This document shows positions 7,682-17,488 of a stretch of 64,000 nt of DNA, in pieces. The stretch comes from an uncultured Acidimicrobiales bacterium (lineage in GTDB: Bacteria; Actinomycetota; Acidimicrobiia; Acidimicrobiales; SHLQ01): contig CAZFBD010000002.1 of the NCBI GenBank assembly GCA_964517125.1, positions 48,402 to 112,401 of the forward strand, read 5' to 3'. Both the position numbers and the translations under genes were made by a program. The notes beneath the pieces are model-generated. The model was not told the origin of the DNA and made no database searches. It saw nothing but the letters and a program-made list of their open reading frames with translations. Positions within the stretch are counted from its first letter, which is position 1. Every line of letters begins with the position of its first letter.

Positions 7682-10600
7682 TCATGCAGTCGGGGTGGGC
7701 AGTCCGTCGACGTATCGAATCGTGTTGGCCCGGCGGGCCGGGACGCGATCCCCCGGTGTGATGATGCCGGTGAGGTTGCAGGGGTCGCAGCCGTTGACCT
7801 CGATCACGACCTGGGCGCGTTCGGTTCGCTTCACGCGGCCGAGGTGATCGGCGGCCTCCGGCAGCGCATACTGCTCGCCACCAAAGCCGGACACGAAGCG
7901 TCCGCCCCGGATCAGACCCCGGGCCTCCAGACGGCGAAGTGCCCACAGCACCTCTCGCCAGGGAAGTGCAAGCTGTTCCCGGGCGACGAGCCCGTGGAAG
8001 ACCACGCCCCAGCGGGCCAGCAACTGTTCGGCGATCGCCTCAGCCAGCTCGTCGGCGTGTGCGTCCAGCAAGTGCTCGGCGAACACCGTCCATCGGCCCT
8101 CTCCCCCGGCCCGCGCGGCCGAGCCCCGGCGAAGCCCTCGACTCCGCCGTTGCTCGGTGACCTTGCGATCTCGGGCGTCGAACAACGACCGAACGGCGTG
8201 GAAGCTGTCGGCGTGGATGAGTCCGCGAGCCACCAGGTCCCACAGCCCCTGCTCCACGTCGGCGGGCAGGCGGCCGGTCGCCTCGCCGAGTTCATGATGG
8301 AACCGGGCACCCCGAGTGGTGAGCTCCTCGTACAGTTCGGCCGCGGCGCCCGCCTCGGGCGGGGCGGGACGCTCCGGCCCGCGGATCGCTGCGACGAGCC
8401 AATCCAGATCGTTGCGAAGCGCCAGCGTGATCGGTGTGGCCTTCGTGGCGACCTGCCGTTGGGGATTTGGGGCCCGGCCCTCGCCGGAGGCGCAGCCCGC
8501 CATGCGACCCCACGTGATGTCTCCGGCCAGGCTCCGCCGATCCAGCAGATCCGGCGAATGCGAACGCAGACGACCAGCAAGCAGGTGTGGCTCCCACGCT
8601 GCCGCCGCAGCATGCCAACCCTGGAGCTGGGCGACGACGTTGGTGAGCCCGTCGACTCCGTGCAGCTGGCTGCCGGGCGCCAGGTGCTGCCATTCGAAGA
8701 GGAAGCGCATGAAGTCCTGGGCCGTGGCGGGATCCACCCGAGCGCGCTTGTTTTTCTGGCTGTACACGTGCATACGGGCCAGAAGCCGTTTGGAACACCA
8801 TTGTTCGCCCGTCAGGTGTTCACCCGCCCCAATGGCACCATCCTCGGGCAGCCAGCTGCCGCGAATGGCGACTCCTTCGTTCTCCAACCCGACCAACACG
8901 AAGTCGATGCTGGAGCGGGGCTGGTTGAGTTGCCGGGCCAGCTGCTCGGCCGACGTGACCGCCACAATCTCCAGGCGCCCTCGAACAGCGGTCTCCACGT
9001 CGTCGACGATCTCTCGCCACGGCAGCACACCCCACCAGCCGTCTCGCTCGTCCACACGCCCATCTGCCCGCAGCGCATCGAAGTCGCTTCGCCAGGCATC
9101 GACAGGCCGGGTGACGACCAACGATTCGAGCAGCTCGTGCAACTCGTCCGGCGTCCGAGGATCGGGGATCACCTGCCCCGCCACCTCGGCGATGGCCTCG
9201 GGCGAGACTTTGCCGATCTCGGTGAGATCCACCGGCAGACCGCGGCGCAACGGCACGGCCCGAGTTCGGCGATCGATGGCCTCGGCGTCGTCGAGGAACG
9301 TGAAGGCCTTGCCGACGAGCAACTCATGACACAGCGGAGACGGCTCGGTGGAGTCGACGCACACGACCTCGATGTCGTCGGACTCCAGGCGTTCGACCAT
9401 CGCCCGCAGCCCGTCGACGTCCATGGCTTCCCGCAGCGTGTCGTTCATGGTCTGACGGACGATGACGTGGTCCGGAAGCTCAACCGGGCCGGACACGTTC
9501 TCCTGGCACGCGGCCGCCAGGGGGAACAGCGCCGCCATCATGTCGTCGGCTTCCATCCGCTGGATCGGCGGCGGGTTCTTGCGGCCGCCCTTCCACCGGA
9601 GCACCAGCAGCGATCGGTTCAGGTTCCACCTCCACCGGCTCAAAAACATCGGCGATGGCGGGACGAGCACCGCGTTGGTGAGCGTCTGCTCGACCGTGGT
9701 GGACTTCAGGAAGTGCCGCACGTCGGCCAGCGGAAAGCTGTGCTGTGGCCCGAGCGAGAGGACGACCGCGTCGTCGGACGCGGCCGCCTGCAGTTCGAAG
9801 TCGAAGTTTTTGCAGAACTTCTTTCGCAGCGACAGCCCGAACGCCCGGTTGAGGCGGGCACCGTTGGGGCTGTGCACGACGAGCTGCATTCCGCCGCTCT
9901 CGTCGAAGAACCGTTCGATGATGAGCTTGTCCCGGGTGGGCAGCGTGCCGAGGATCGCCAGGGATGCGGCCAGGTAGCGGATGACCTGTTCGGCCGCATC
10001 GGCGTCGACCTGGGCAGCCCCCATGAGCCATCGGCGAGCGGCATCCGGATCGCCGGCTCGGAGCCGTTGCTCCACCTCGCGCCGGATGTGGCAGACCTCT
10101 TCGGACAGCTCAACCGTGCGGCCGGGCGCCTCCCCGAACCAGACCGGGATGGTCGGCGGAAGCCCTTCAGCGTCGACCACCCGAACGACGCCGGGTTCGA
10201 TACGGCGGATGCGCCAACTGTGGGTGCCGAGCGTGAAGATGTCGCCCGGCATGGACTCGGTGGCCCAGTCCTCGTTGACGGAACCGATGAACGTCTCGTC
10301 CGGGTCGAGCAGAACCCGGTAGTCGCCGAGCTCGGGAATGGCCCCGCCGCTCGTGGCCGCCGCCATGCGGGCGCCCTTGCGACCCCGGACCAGCCCGTTG
10401 ACCTCGTCGTGGTGAATCCAGTGTGAGCGGACACCCCGGCCGGTTCGTACGCCTTCGGCCGCCAGCTCGAGGCACTGATCGAAGTCGCCACGGGGAAGGT
10501 TCCGGTACGGGGCTGCACGGGTGACGAGCGCGAACAGGTCATCGACTTCCCACTCGTCGGCCGCCACCTCGGCCACCAGCTGCTGGATCAGGATGTCGAG

Positions 10601-12001
10601 CGGAGCATCGGGAGGCAGGAGCGCATCGAGCCGACCGCTGTGGACAGCGGTGAGGAGACCACAACACTCGGCCAGATCGTCGCGGGTCTGCGGATAGAGA
10701 CGCCCCTTGGGCACCCCGTACCGGTTGTGGTTGGCGCGGCCAACGCGCTGGAGGAACGTGGCGATGTTGCGGGGTGAGCCGAGCTGGCAGACCAGATCGA
10801 CCGGGCCAACGTCGATACCGAGCTCCAAGGACGCCGTGGCCACCAGCGCCTTGAGGTCACCGGCCCGAAGGCGACGCTCGACCATGAGCCGCCGATCCTT
10901 GGAGAGGCTGCCGTGGTGAGCGACCACATTTGCTTCGGCGTCCTCGTCGGTCTCGGCCAGACGCTCCCCCAACTCGTGTGAGATGCGCTCGGCCATACGG
11001 CGGGTGTTCACGAAGATGAGCGTGGTGGTGTGCGCCCGAACCTGATCGGCGATGCGATCCAGGATCTCGCCCATCTGTTCGGCGGGCGCAATGGCCTCCA
11101 TCTCCGAGGGCGGCAGCTCCAGCGCGAGGTCGAGTTCGCGCACGTGGCCAACGTTGACGATCCGACACTCGGCCTCGCCGGTGGCGTCCTCCCGGTTGCC
11201 AACGAGAAGGTTGGCCACCGTGGAGATGGGCTTCTGCGTGGCCGACAGCCCGATGCGCACCAGGGGTCGTGTGGGTGCGGGCTGCAGTGCCGGGTCCGAC
11301 AGCTGCTCGCGGGTGCGGAGCACGTCGGGCCGCTCCACAACAGCGGACTCGCAAAGATGCGTGAGCCGTTCGAGGGTGAGGGCAAGGTGCGAGCCCCGCT
11401 TGTCTCGGGCCAGCGCGTGGATCTCGTCGACGATGACGGTTTCCAGCGTGCTCACGGCCGCCCGACCCTTGGCCGAGGTGCACAACAGATAGAGCGACTC
11501 CGGAGTCGTGACGATGATGGCCGGCGGCTTGCGCACCATGGCCGCCCGCTCCGAGGTGCTCGTGTCCCCCGAGCGAACCCCGACCCGAATGGTGGGGGCC
11601 GTCATGCCCAGCTCCTTTGCCGTCGCCGCGATCTCCTGCAGCGGCCGCTCGAGGTTCTCGGCAATGTCCACCGCCAGCGCTTTCAGCGGCGACACATACA
11701 TGACCCGGGCAATGCCGTCGACGGTCTCTCCTCGCTCGTGGGCTCGATACAGCCGATCGATCGGGACAAGGAACGCCGACAAGGTCTTGCCCGACCCGGT
11801 GGGCGCAGCCACCAACGTGTCCTCACGGTTCGCGATGTGTGGCCACGCTGCCTGCTGCGGCGGCGTGGGACCGTCGGGAAACCGCCGCGTGAACCACGTG
11901 CGAACAGCCGGATGAAAGCCGTGGAGGGACGGGTGATCAAACAGGCTTGGGGCATCGGACGGAGACGATGCAACCTGCGAATGAGCGTCAAGAATGGCCA
12001 C
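7682..12001 (-). CDS. lhr: Lhr-family large ATP-dependent DNA helicase (superfamily 2)
   Basis: 1,439 aa. Motif I is VAAPTGSGKT, and a DEIH box (VIVDEIHAL) is present. The long C-terminal extension is typical of Lhr. Confidence 0.9.
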   Translation of the reverse strand: MAILDAHSQVASSPSDAPSLFDHPSLHGFHPAVRTWFTRRFPDGPTPPQQAAWPHIANREDTLVAAPTGSGKTLSAFLVPIDRLYRAHERGETVDGIARVMYVSPLKALAVDIAENLERPLQEIAATAKELGMTAPTIRVGVRSGDTSTSERAAMVRKPPAIIVTTPESLYLLCTSAKGRAAVSTLETVIVDEIHALARDKRGSHLALTLERLTHLCESAVVERPDVLRTREQLSDPALQPAPTRPLVRIGLSATQKPISTVANLLVGNREDATGEAECRIVNVGHVRELDLALELPPSEMEAIAPAEQMGEILDRIADQVRAHTTTLIFVNTRRMAERISHELGERLAETDEDAEANVVAHHGSLSKDRRLMVERRLRAGDLKALVATASLELGIDVGPVDLVCQLGSPRNIATFLQRVGRANHNRYGVPKGRLYPQTRDDLAECCGLLTAVHSGRLDALLPPDAPLDILIQQLVAEVAADEWEVDDLFALVTRAAPYRNLPRGDFDQCLELAAEGVRTGRGVRSHWIHHDEVNGLVRGRKGARMAAATSGGAIPELGDYRVLLDPDETFIGSVNEDWATESMPGDIFTLGTHSWRIRRIEPGVVRVVDAEGLPPTIPVWFGEAPGRTVELSEEVCHIRREVEQRLRAGDPDAARRWLMGAAQVDADAAEQVIRYLAASLAILGTLPTRDKLIIERFFDESGGMQLVVHSPNGARLNRAFGLSLRKKFCKNFDFELQAAASDDAVVLSLGPQHSFPLADVRHFLKSTTVEQTLTNAVLVPPSPMFLSRWRWNLNRSLLVLRWKGGRKNPPPIQRMEADDMMAALFPLAAACQENVSGPVELPDHVIVRQTMNDTLREAMDVDGLRAMVERLESDDIEVVCVDSTEPSPLCHELLVGKAFTFLDDAEAIDRRTRAVPLRRGLPVDLTEIGKVSPEAIAEVAGQVIPDPRTPDELHELLESLVVTRPVDAWRSDFDALRADGRVDERDGWWGVLPWREIVDDVETAVRGRLEIVAVTSAEQLARQLNQPRSSIDFVLVGLENEGVAIRGSWLPEDGAIGAGEHLTGEQWCSKRLLARMHVYSQKNKRARVDPATAQDFMRFLFEWQHLAPGSQLHGVDGLTNVVAQLQGWHAAAAAWEPHLLAGRLRSHSPDLLDRRSLAGDITWGRMAGCASGEGRAPNPQRQVATKATPITLALRNDLDWLVAAIRGPERPAPPEAGAAAELYEELTTRGARFHHELGEATGRLPADVEQGLWDLVARGLIHADSFHAVRSLFDARDRKVTEQRRSRGLRRGSAARAGGEGRWTVFAEHLLDAHADELAEAIAEQLLARWGVVFHGLVAREQLALPWREVLWALRRLEARGLIRGGRFVSGFGGEQYALPEAADHLGRVKRTERAQVVIEVNGCDPCNLTGIITPGDRVPARRANTIRYVDGLPTPTA

Positions 12002-12074
12002 GAAAGCACAGTACGGATGGGGTCTGACAAAAAGTTCCGCTCAAGTTCGGATCTTGTGGTCCGACTGATGGCTC

Positions 12075-12386
12075 GTGAGTGATGCAACGATTCTTCAGCT
12101 TGATCCGGAACGTACCCGTGGGAAGGCCGTCGACGGCCTTGGTGGTGGCGTTGAGACGACGCGCCAGTACCTTTCCGAGGACTTTCCCGGCGGATCACAG
12201 CGCACGGTGGAACGGTGGCTGAAGTCCCTCATCGGCCGCACGGACGTGCAGCGCGTGTGGTTCAAGCCAATCGGATCGAAGACAACCATCTGGCAGCATG
12301 TGGGCCCGCTGACGGAGATGCCCGATATCGGCCACCTGTTCGAGGCCAACGACAAATTGGCTCCAGAACTCGCTACTGCAGCCTGA
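12075..12386 (+). CDS. Hypothetical small protein
   Basis: 103-aa ORF with a GTG start. It has no recognisable motif, and its codon usage is only moderately gene-like. Confidence 0.35.
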   Translation: MSDATILQLDPERTRGKAVDGLGGGVETTRQYLSEDFPGGSQRTVERWLKSLIGRTDVQRVWFKPIGSKTTIWQHVGPLTEMPDIGHLFEANDKLAPELATAA

Positions 12387-12411
12387 CCAGACCAATACAC
12401 TTCAGCGGACC

Positions 12412-12873
12412 ATGACCCTGTTCTTCATCCGTCACGCTTCAGCTGGAACCCGGGGCACGGACCACGATGATCTCTCCCGACCGCTCGATGCCGTGGGGCG
12501 AGATCAGGCCGACAGCATCGCCGAACGATTCGAATCGGCAGGCATCACCCGTGTCCTCACCAGCCGCGCCATTCGCTGCAGCCAGACCGTGGCGCCCCTG
12601 GCCCACGCGCTTTCGCTCGAGGTCGAAGACGAGCCGGCGTTGCTCGAAGGGCAAAGCGCTCGCAATGCCGTCGACCTGTGCCGGAACCTGGCACGCGATG
12701 GCGTGTCGGCCGCCCTGTGCAGCCACGGCGACATCATTCCCGATGCCATCCAGACACTCGCCCGCGAGGGCATGGTCATCTCCGGGCAACGCGGCTGGGC
12801 CAAGGGCAGCACCTGGCAGCTCGACGTACGCGGAGGCGACATCGTTCAGGCCACGTTCCTCGGCCCGTTCTAG
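12412..12873 (+). CDS. Histidine phosphatase superfamily protein (SixA-like)
   Basis: 153 aa. The N-terminus is LFFIRHASAG (RHG-type catalytic motif), and a later CSHGDIIP supplies the second catalytic His. Confidence 0.8.
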   Translation: MTLFFIRHASAGTRGTDHDDLSRPLDAVGRDQADSIAERFESAGITRVLTSRAIRCSQTVAPLAHALSLEVEDEPALLEGQSARNAVDLCRNLARDGVSAALCSHGDIIPDAIQTLAREGMVISGQRGWAKGSTWQLDVRGGDIVQATFLGPF

Positions 12874-12882
12874 ACCGGGCCG

Positions 12883-14391
12883 TCAGCCCAGACGCTCCGA
12901 CAAGGTGTCGAGGGTGTCGGCATCTGCAGCGGCCTTGTCCTCCCGATAGCCCTTGACCCGGGCGAACCGCAGCGCCAGGCCTCCCGGATAGGTCGTCGAG
13001 CGTTGCACCCCATCGATCGCGATCTCCACGACGAGTTCAGGTCGGGCGAACACTGTGATGCCCTCGCGGCTGACCTCCCGAGCGAGGATCGCCTCGGTCT
13101 GCCAGGCGAGCACGGCGTCGGTCAGCCCTTTGAAGGTCTTGCCCACCATGACGAAGTCTTCGCCGTTGCGCGCACCGAGGTGCAGGTTCGAGAGTCGCCC
13201 GGTTCGTCGACCATGTCCCCACTCGGCGCCGAGGACCACGAGATCGTAGGTGTGGACCGGTTTCACTTTGCGCCAGGTCTTTCCTCGTCGCCCGGCCGCA
13301 TACGGTGACGAGAGATCCTTCACCATGACGCCTTCGAGCCCATTGGCAAGGACGCGTGTGTTGAACGCTTCGGCCTGTTCGGGGTCATCGGTGATGATGC
13401 CTTCCACCAACGAATCGCCCACGACGTCCGCCAGCTGCGTCAGCCGATCACGCAACGGAACATCGATCAGATCGGTTCCGTCCCGATGCAGGATGTCGAA
13501 GAACTGGACAGACAGATCGACCCGGCCCGACGCTCCTCCTGAACTGAACGTGGAAGCAGTGTCCTGGAACATCTCGGGGCTGTCCTCCCGCATGCCCACC
13601 ACTTCGCCGTCCAGAACCACGGACTCGACCGGCAGCTCACGGACCCGATCGACCACCGCCGGCAGCCGCTCCGTGACGTCGTTCAGGTTGCGGGTGAACA
13701 GACGCACGTCGGTTCCGGATCGATGCGCCTGGATTCGGATGCCGTCGAGCTTTGCCTGAACACTCACCTCGCCGTCCAGCTCCCCCATCGCTTCGGCAGC
13801 CGAAGCCGAGGTGGCAGCCAGCATGGGCTGGACTCCCCGAAGCAGACGCAGCCCAACGTCCTCCAGACCGGCGCGGCCACTGGCCTGGGCGATCTGCGCC
13901 GTTTCGCCGAGATCGCCAGACAACATGGCGGCCCGGCGGACGACCGCAGCGGGCACGGCATTCGCCTTGGCGATTCCGTCGATCATGACACCTTCCAGCG
14001 ACCCCAGTCGGAGTCCCCCGACCAGCACGGAGCGAACGAACGAGCTCTCGCCTGCAGTCATTCGACCGAGGAGCGGGGCAAGCACATGTTCCCGCCGCTG
14101 CCGCGAGCCTTCGCCCCCGATTGCCGCGACCTCGGTCAGCGCTGCGTCCACCTCGCGAACGAGTACGGAAGGCTCGGCCGCCGGTTCGATCTCGAGCCCA
14201 TCGAGGAAGACCCACCCAACGCCGATTCGGCCCTGCTGCGGCTCTCCGGTGAGGAAACCGACAACGACTGCAAGCTCGGCTGCCGAGCACCTCCGGAGCA
14301 GATCCGCCAACAGCTCTCCCTTGGCCTTGCGCGAACTCGTCGCAGCCACCTGATCGGCAACGGTCACCAGATCGGTCAACGGCAGGTCCAT
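12883..14391 (-). CDS. lig: ATP-dependent DNA ligase (three-domain, Lig1/LigB-like)
   Basis: The true start is the ATG at 14391 (MDLPLTDLVTVADQVAATSSRKAKGELLADLL...). The adenylation motif I is VQAKLDGIRIQAH. At 502 aa it matches typical size. The track ORF (949 aa) is an artefactual N-terminal extension. Confidence 0.9.
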   Translation of the reverse strand: MDLPLTDLVTVADQVAATSSRKAKGELLADLLRRCSAAELAVVVGFLTGEPQQGRIGVGWVFLDGLEIEPAAEPSVLVREVDAALTEVAAIGGEGSRQRREHVLAPLLGRMTAGESSFVRSVLVGGLRLGSLEGVMIDGIAKANAVPAAVVRRAAMLSGDLGETAQIAQASGRAGLEDVGLRLLRGVQPMLAATSASAAEAMGELDGEVSVQAKLDGIRIQAHRSGTDVRLFTRNLNDVTERLPAVVDRVRELPVESVVLDGEVVGMREDSPEMFQDTASTFSSGGASGRVDLSVQFFDILHRDGTDLIDVPLRDRLTQLADVVGDSLVEGIITDDPEQAEAFNTRVLANGLEGVMVKDLSSPYAAGRRGKTWRKVKPVHTYDLVVLGAEWGHGRRTGRLSNLHLGARNGEDFVMVGKTFKGLTDAVLAWQTEAILAREVSREGITVFARPELVVEIAIDGVQRSTTYPGGLALRFARVKGYREDKAAADADTLDTLSERLG

Positions 14392-14442
14392 CGGCCGATT
14401 CTGACATGGGGCCGTCACTAAAGGAACCCGTCCAGACTCCGA

Positions 14443-16062
14443 ATGGAGGGTGTGCTGCAAGGGTTTTCCTCGCGCACTCGCGCCCTCCAGGGCCGGGCGA
14501 CTGCGACATCGGCGACGACGCTCTCCTCTCTCGCGCTCGTGCGAGCCAGCCTGTCGATCGTCACGATCGCCGGATATGGGGTCCGACTGCGGGACTCGGG
14601 CAGCGCCGGAACCATCCCATCGCTTGCCTTTGTGGTGCTCGGCGTCGTTGGACTCGTCTCCGCTGTACAGGCCATCAGACGAGCACGAAGCGAGCCGGAT
14701 GCACCGATGCCGGCGTCCTGGGGCATGGTCATCTTGGATTCCGCCATCGCCATTGCGGTGCTGGGAGCCGTCGAGGCATCCACGACCCCGCTCAGCTGGC
14801 TTGCGCTGCTGTTCCCTGTGGTCGAAGCCGCATTGTTCTTCTCGATCGTTCCGGCCGCCATTGTCTGGGCTGGCCTGAGCATGGCGTTCCTTGCGCTTCG
14901 GGTGACGGTCCAAGCCGACGATCAGGCGACCGGTGAAGCGCTCTCGCTTGCGTTGCAACAGCTCGTTGCCGTCTTCGTCATCAGCGGACCAGCCGCCCTG
15001 CTCTCCGATCGCAGCCAGGCCCGGGTCGCCCAGCTGGACCGTGCGCGCCGAGACGCCGACCTGATCGCCGACGAACTTCGGCGGGTCAGCTGGGCATCGA
15101 ACGAGATGTCGCAGTCGAAGGACCCGAACGAGATTCTGCAGATGGCTGTGTCGGCCGCGCTCTCGATGGGCTTTGAGCAAGCCGACGTTGTCGAGCAACG
15201 GGGGCTGAAGGATTGGGCGGTGACGCATGCGTCGTCGGTCGGCCCGCTGGAAGTGCCAGCTCCGAACCTCTTGACCGATGCGACGCTCGAGTCTCCCGCA
15301 ATGGTCAGCGGCGAGAATTCTGCAGCCTGGCAGTTTCTCCACACCAATCAACTCCACTCGGGAATCGGCCAGCGCATCACGGGCGAAGAACGTGACCCGC
15401 AGATCGTGTTGCGGGTGTGGTCTCGCAAGACGGTCCACGGAACCGGTTCGGAACGGGCGCTGACGTTGCTCGGCTCCCAGACCCGTGAGCTCCATCGTGT
15501 CGCACTGTTGTTGCGGGATGCCCGGCAACATGCCGCACAGCTGGAGCACGAAATTCGCCACGATGGACTGACCGGTCTGGCCAACAGGTCGTGGGTGCTC
15601 GAGAACCTCGGTCAGCGACTTGGCCGCGGCGAACGCACCGCCGTCTACTTCATCGATCTCGACGGCTTCAAGGAGATCAACGACACGCTCGGCCATCAAG
15701 CTGGTGACGACGCCCTTCGGGTGGTCGCTCAACGGCTCGAAGCTGCGACTTCAGACACGACTCTTGTGGGGCGCATGGGCGGCGATGAGTTCATCCTCGT
15801 CGTCAAGGCCGATGACCAACGCGATCTCGAGGCGCTCGCCAACGAGGGACTCGACATCGTTGCCCGCATTTCCGCGCCCATGATTGCCGCCGGCCAGGAA
15901 GCCCGACTCGGAGCAAGTGTGGGCCTCGCTGTGCAGACGTCCCACGGGCTCGACGCCGACCAGCTCGTCACTCGCGCCGATACCGCCATGTACACGGCGA
16001 AGCGTGCCGGAGGCGGCGTCCACGTTGCGTCCACCCGGCTCGGCGGGGAGATGGCCGCATGA
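14443..16062 (+). CDS. Membrane-bound GAF-GGDEF diguanylate cyclase
   Basis: 539 aa with about 5 N-terminal TM segments and a GAF-like middle region. The C-terminal GGDEF domain has HDGLTGLANR...FIDLDGFKEINDTLGH...GRMGGDEFILVV, so the active-site GGDEF is intact. No RxxD I-site lies 5 residues upstream. Confidence 0.85.
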   Translation: MEGVLQGFSSRTRALQGRATATSATTLSSLALVRASLSIVTIAGYGVRLRDSGSAGTIPSLAFVVLGVVGLVSAVQAIRRARSEPDAPMPASWGMVILDSAIAIAVLGAVEASTTPLSWLALLFPVVEAALFFSIVPAAIVWAGLSMAFLALRVTVQADDQATGEALSLALQQLVAVFVISGPAALLSDRSQARVAQLDRARRDADLIADELRRVSWASNEMSQSKDPNEILQMAVSAALSMGFEQADVVEQRGLKDWAVTHASSVGPLEVPAPNLLTDATLESPAMVSGENSAAWQFLHTNQLHSGIGQRITGEERDPQIVLRVWSRKTVHGTGSERALTLLGSQTRELHRVALLLRDARQHAAQLEHEIRHDGLTGLANRSWVLENLGQRLGRGERTAVYFIDLDGFKEINDTLGHQAGDDALRVVAQRLEAATSDTTLVGRMGGDEFILVVKADDQRDLEALANEGLDIVARISAPMIAAGQEARLGASVGLAVQTSHGLDADQLVTRADTAMYTAKRAGGGVHVASTRLGGEMAA

Positions 16063-17327
16063 GCACGAAGAGTCGCGAGAGCGCCTTTCGCATCTCGTTC
16101 GTCGGGGGCAGCACACTCCTCGTTCTTGCAATGGCAGTGTTCGCCGTTGCCGTCCAGGCGCGTGCGGTGTCCGGCGGAGCGGAACGGTCGATCCAGATGA
16201 CGGAGAATCTCCGAATCGTCTCCGTCGCCCGCGCCGAGATCTCCATCGCGTCGCGGCTCGCAGCTGCCGACGACCAAGAAGACACCGTCGAGGCCTCCAC
16301 GCAGAACGCACTCGACACACTCATTCTCGCCGACACTGCCATCGACCAGGCCGCCTACCCGGACCTTGGCGAACGGTTCGATGCCTTCGAGGCTGCGGTC
16401 GCAACCCAGTCCGAGTTGTTGCGGTCGGGCACCTCGATGTCGAACGAGGCCGTCGACGCGGAGCTCGCAACCGGTCAGGCATTCGACTCGTTGGTGGAAG
16501 CGATCCGCGCGGAGCAGGCAGGTGCGATCGACGCGCTCGATGCCGACAACGACCTCATGAACCTGATCGGCTCGGTCGCCACGTTCATGGTGGCCTTCGT
16601 CGTCCCGTCCGCTGCCCTCTATGTGTTCGAATCCCTCCGGAACACGCCTCGCCGGTTGCGCGAATTGGAGCTCGAGGTGGACTCTGTACGCAATCGAACG
16701 ACCGCCGGGGCCATTGCCCTCCAGGTCGAAACCGAGACACTTCGTGCGAACAGCTTCGGCGAACCATCGGATGACACCGAGGCCAACATCCGCCGCTCGT
16801 TGCTGCGACTCGACCACCTGGCCAGCGCGAACGGCGCCCTCCATCGTTGGCGAAGCGAACCGGTTGACGTTCTGGCCATTGCCCACGAGGTACGGGTCTC
16901 GGTTGGAACTCGCAACATCATCATCGATGCATCGTCGCGGGCTCCCCTTGCCCAAGGCGACTCGGTCGAGGTTGCGCTCATCCTGAACGAGCTTGCGCGC
17001 AACGCGCTCCAACACGGCAGCAGCCCGGTCTCGCTTTCCATCCACGCGGATGGTGATGCCGTCCGGGCTGTGGTCGCAGACGCTGGGCCGGGTCTTCCCG
17101 ACGTCGTGCATGCCGCGATCTTCGAAGAGCGCGACCACGCCCTGCGCAACAACATGGCCAGCGGTCGGTTCGGATACGGCCTGTACGCTGCCCGTCTTGC
17201 TGCTGAGAGCATGGGGGCAACGTTGTTGCACGAGCGGACCGAAAACCAGACACTGCTCACACTGCGACTCCCCCTGTCTGAGGCGACGCAGGGCCCCGTG
17301 GTGTCCGAGGGCCGACGGGCTGCCTGA
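16059..17327 (+). CDS. Membrane sensor protein with an HATPase_c domain but no recognisable phospho-acceptor H-box (histidine-kinase-like)
   Basis: 422 aa with an ATGA overlap to the GGDEF gene. Two TM segments flank a ~150-aa helical extracytoplasmic region. The N-box (LNELARNALQHG), G1 (DAGPGLP) and G2 (GYGLYAARL) are present. The expected DHp region reads RRSLLRLDHLASANG, not HExxxP. Confidence 0.75.
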   Translation: MSTKSRESAFRISFVGGSTLLVLAMAVFAVAVQARAVSGGAERSIQMTENLRIVSVARAEISIASRLAAADDQEDTVEASTQNALDTLILADTAIDQAAYPDLGERFDAFEAAVATQSELLRSGTSMSNEAVDAELATGQAFDSLVEAIRAEQAGAIDALDADNDLMNLIGSVATFMVAFVVPSAALYVFESLRNTPRRLRELELEVDSVRNRTTAGAIALQVETETLRANSFGEPSDDTEANIRRSLLRLDHLASANGALHRWRSEPVDVLAIAHEVRVSVGTRNIIIDASSRAPLAQGDSVEVALILNELARNALQHGSSPVSLSIHADGDAVRAVVADAGPGLPDVVHAAIFEERDHALRNNMASGRFGYGLYAARLAAESMGATLLHERTENQTLLTLRLPLSEATQGPVVSEGRRAA

Positions 17328-17488
17328 CCATCCACGCTGTCGCTCAGTGGGTCCGGTGGCCCCAGCGACCCGTGCCATTCGAACTACGTACACGAGCCCC
17401 GGATTTGCCGATGGTCTGATGTGTGCTTCCTCGCTGCGGAACGTGGGGCCTCCGATCGGCGAAGTTCTGACTGCGGAAGGCAACGACG

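Noticed and set aside
7382-10426. 1,014-aa plus-strand ORF
   Set aside because: It is entirely antisense to the well-supported lhr gene. Its composition is Arg/Gly/Pro-rich with no motifs. It is a typical high-GC antisense artefact.
14392-15732. N-terminal 447 codons of the 949-aa minus-strand ORF containing the ligase
   Set aside because: This part is antisense to the GGDEF gene, which has clear domain motifs, and it has low-complexity composition. The ligase homology begins at the internal ATG at 14391.
15729-17483. 584-aa minus-strand ORF
   Set aside because: It is antisense to the GGDEF and HATPase genes. It is rich in Arg and Gly and has no recognisable domain.
17328-17488. Possible c-di-GMP riboswitch or other leader upstream of the giant gene
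   Set aside because: I could not recognise GEMM-I/II conserved elements. Only a modest hairpin (GTCGCT...AGCGAC at 17339-17369) is present. This would need cmscan to exclude formally.
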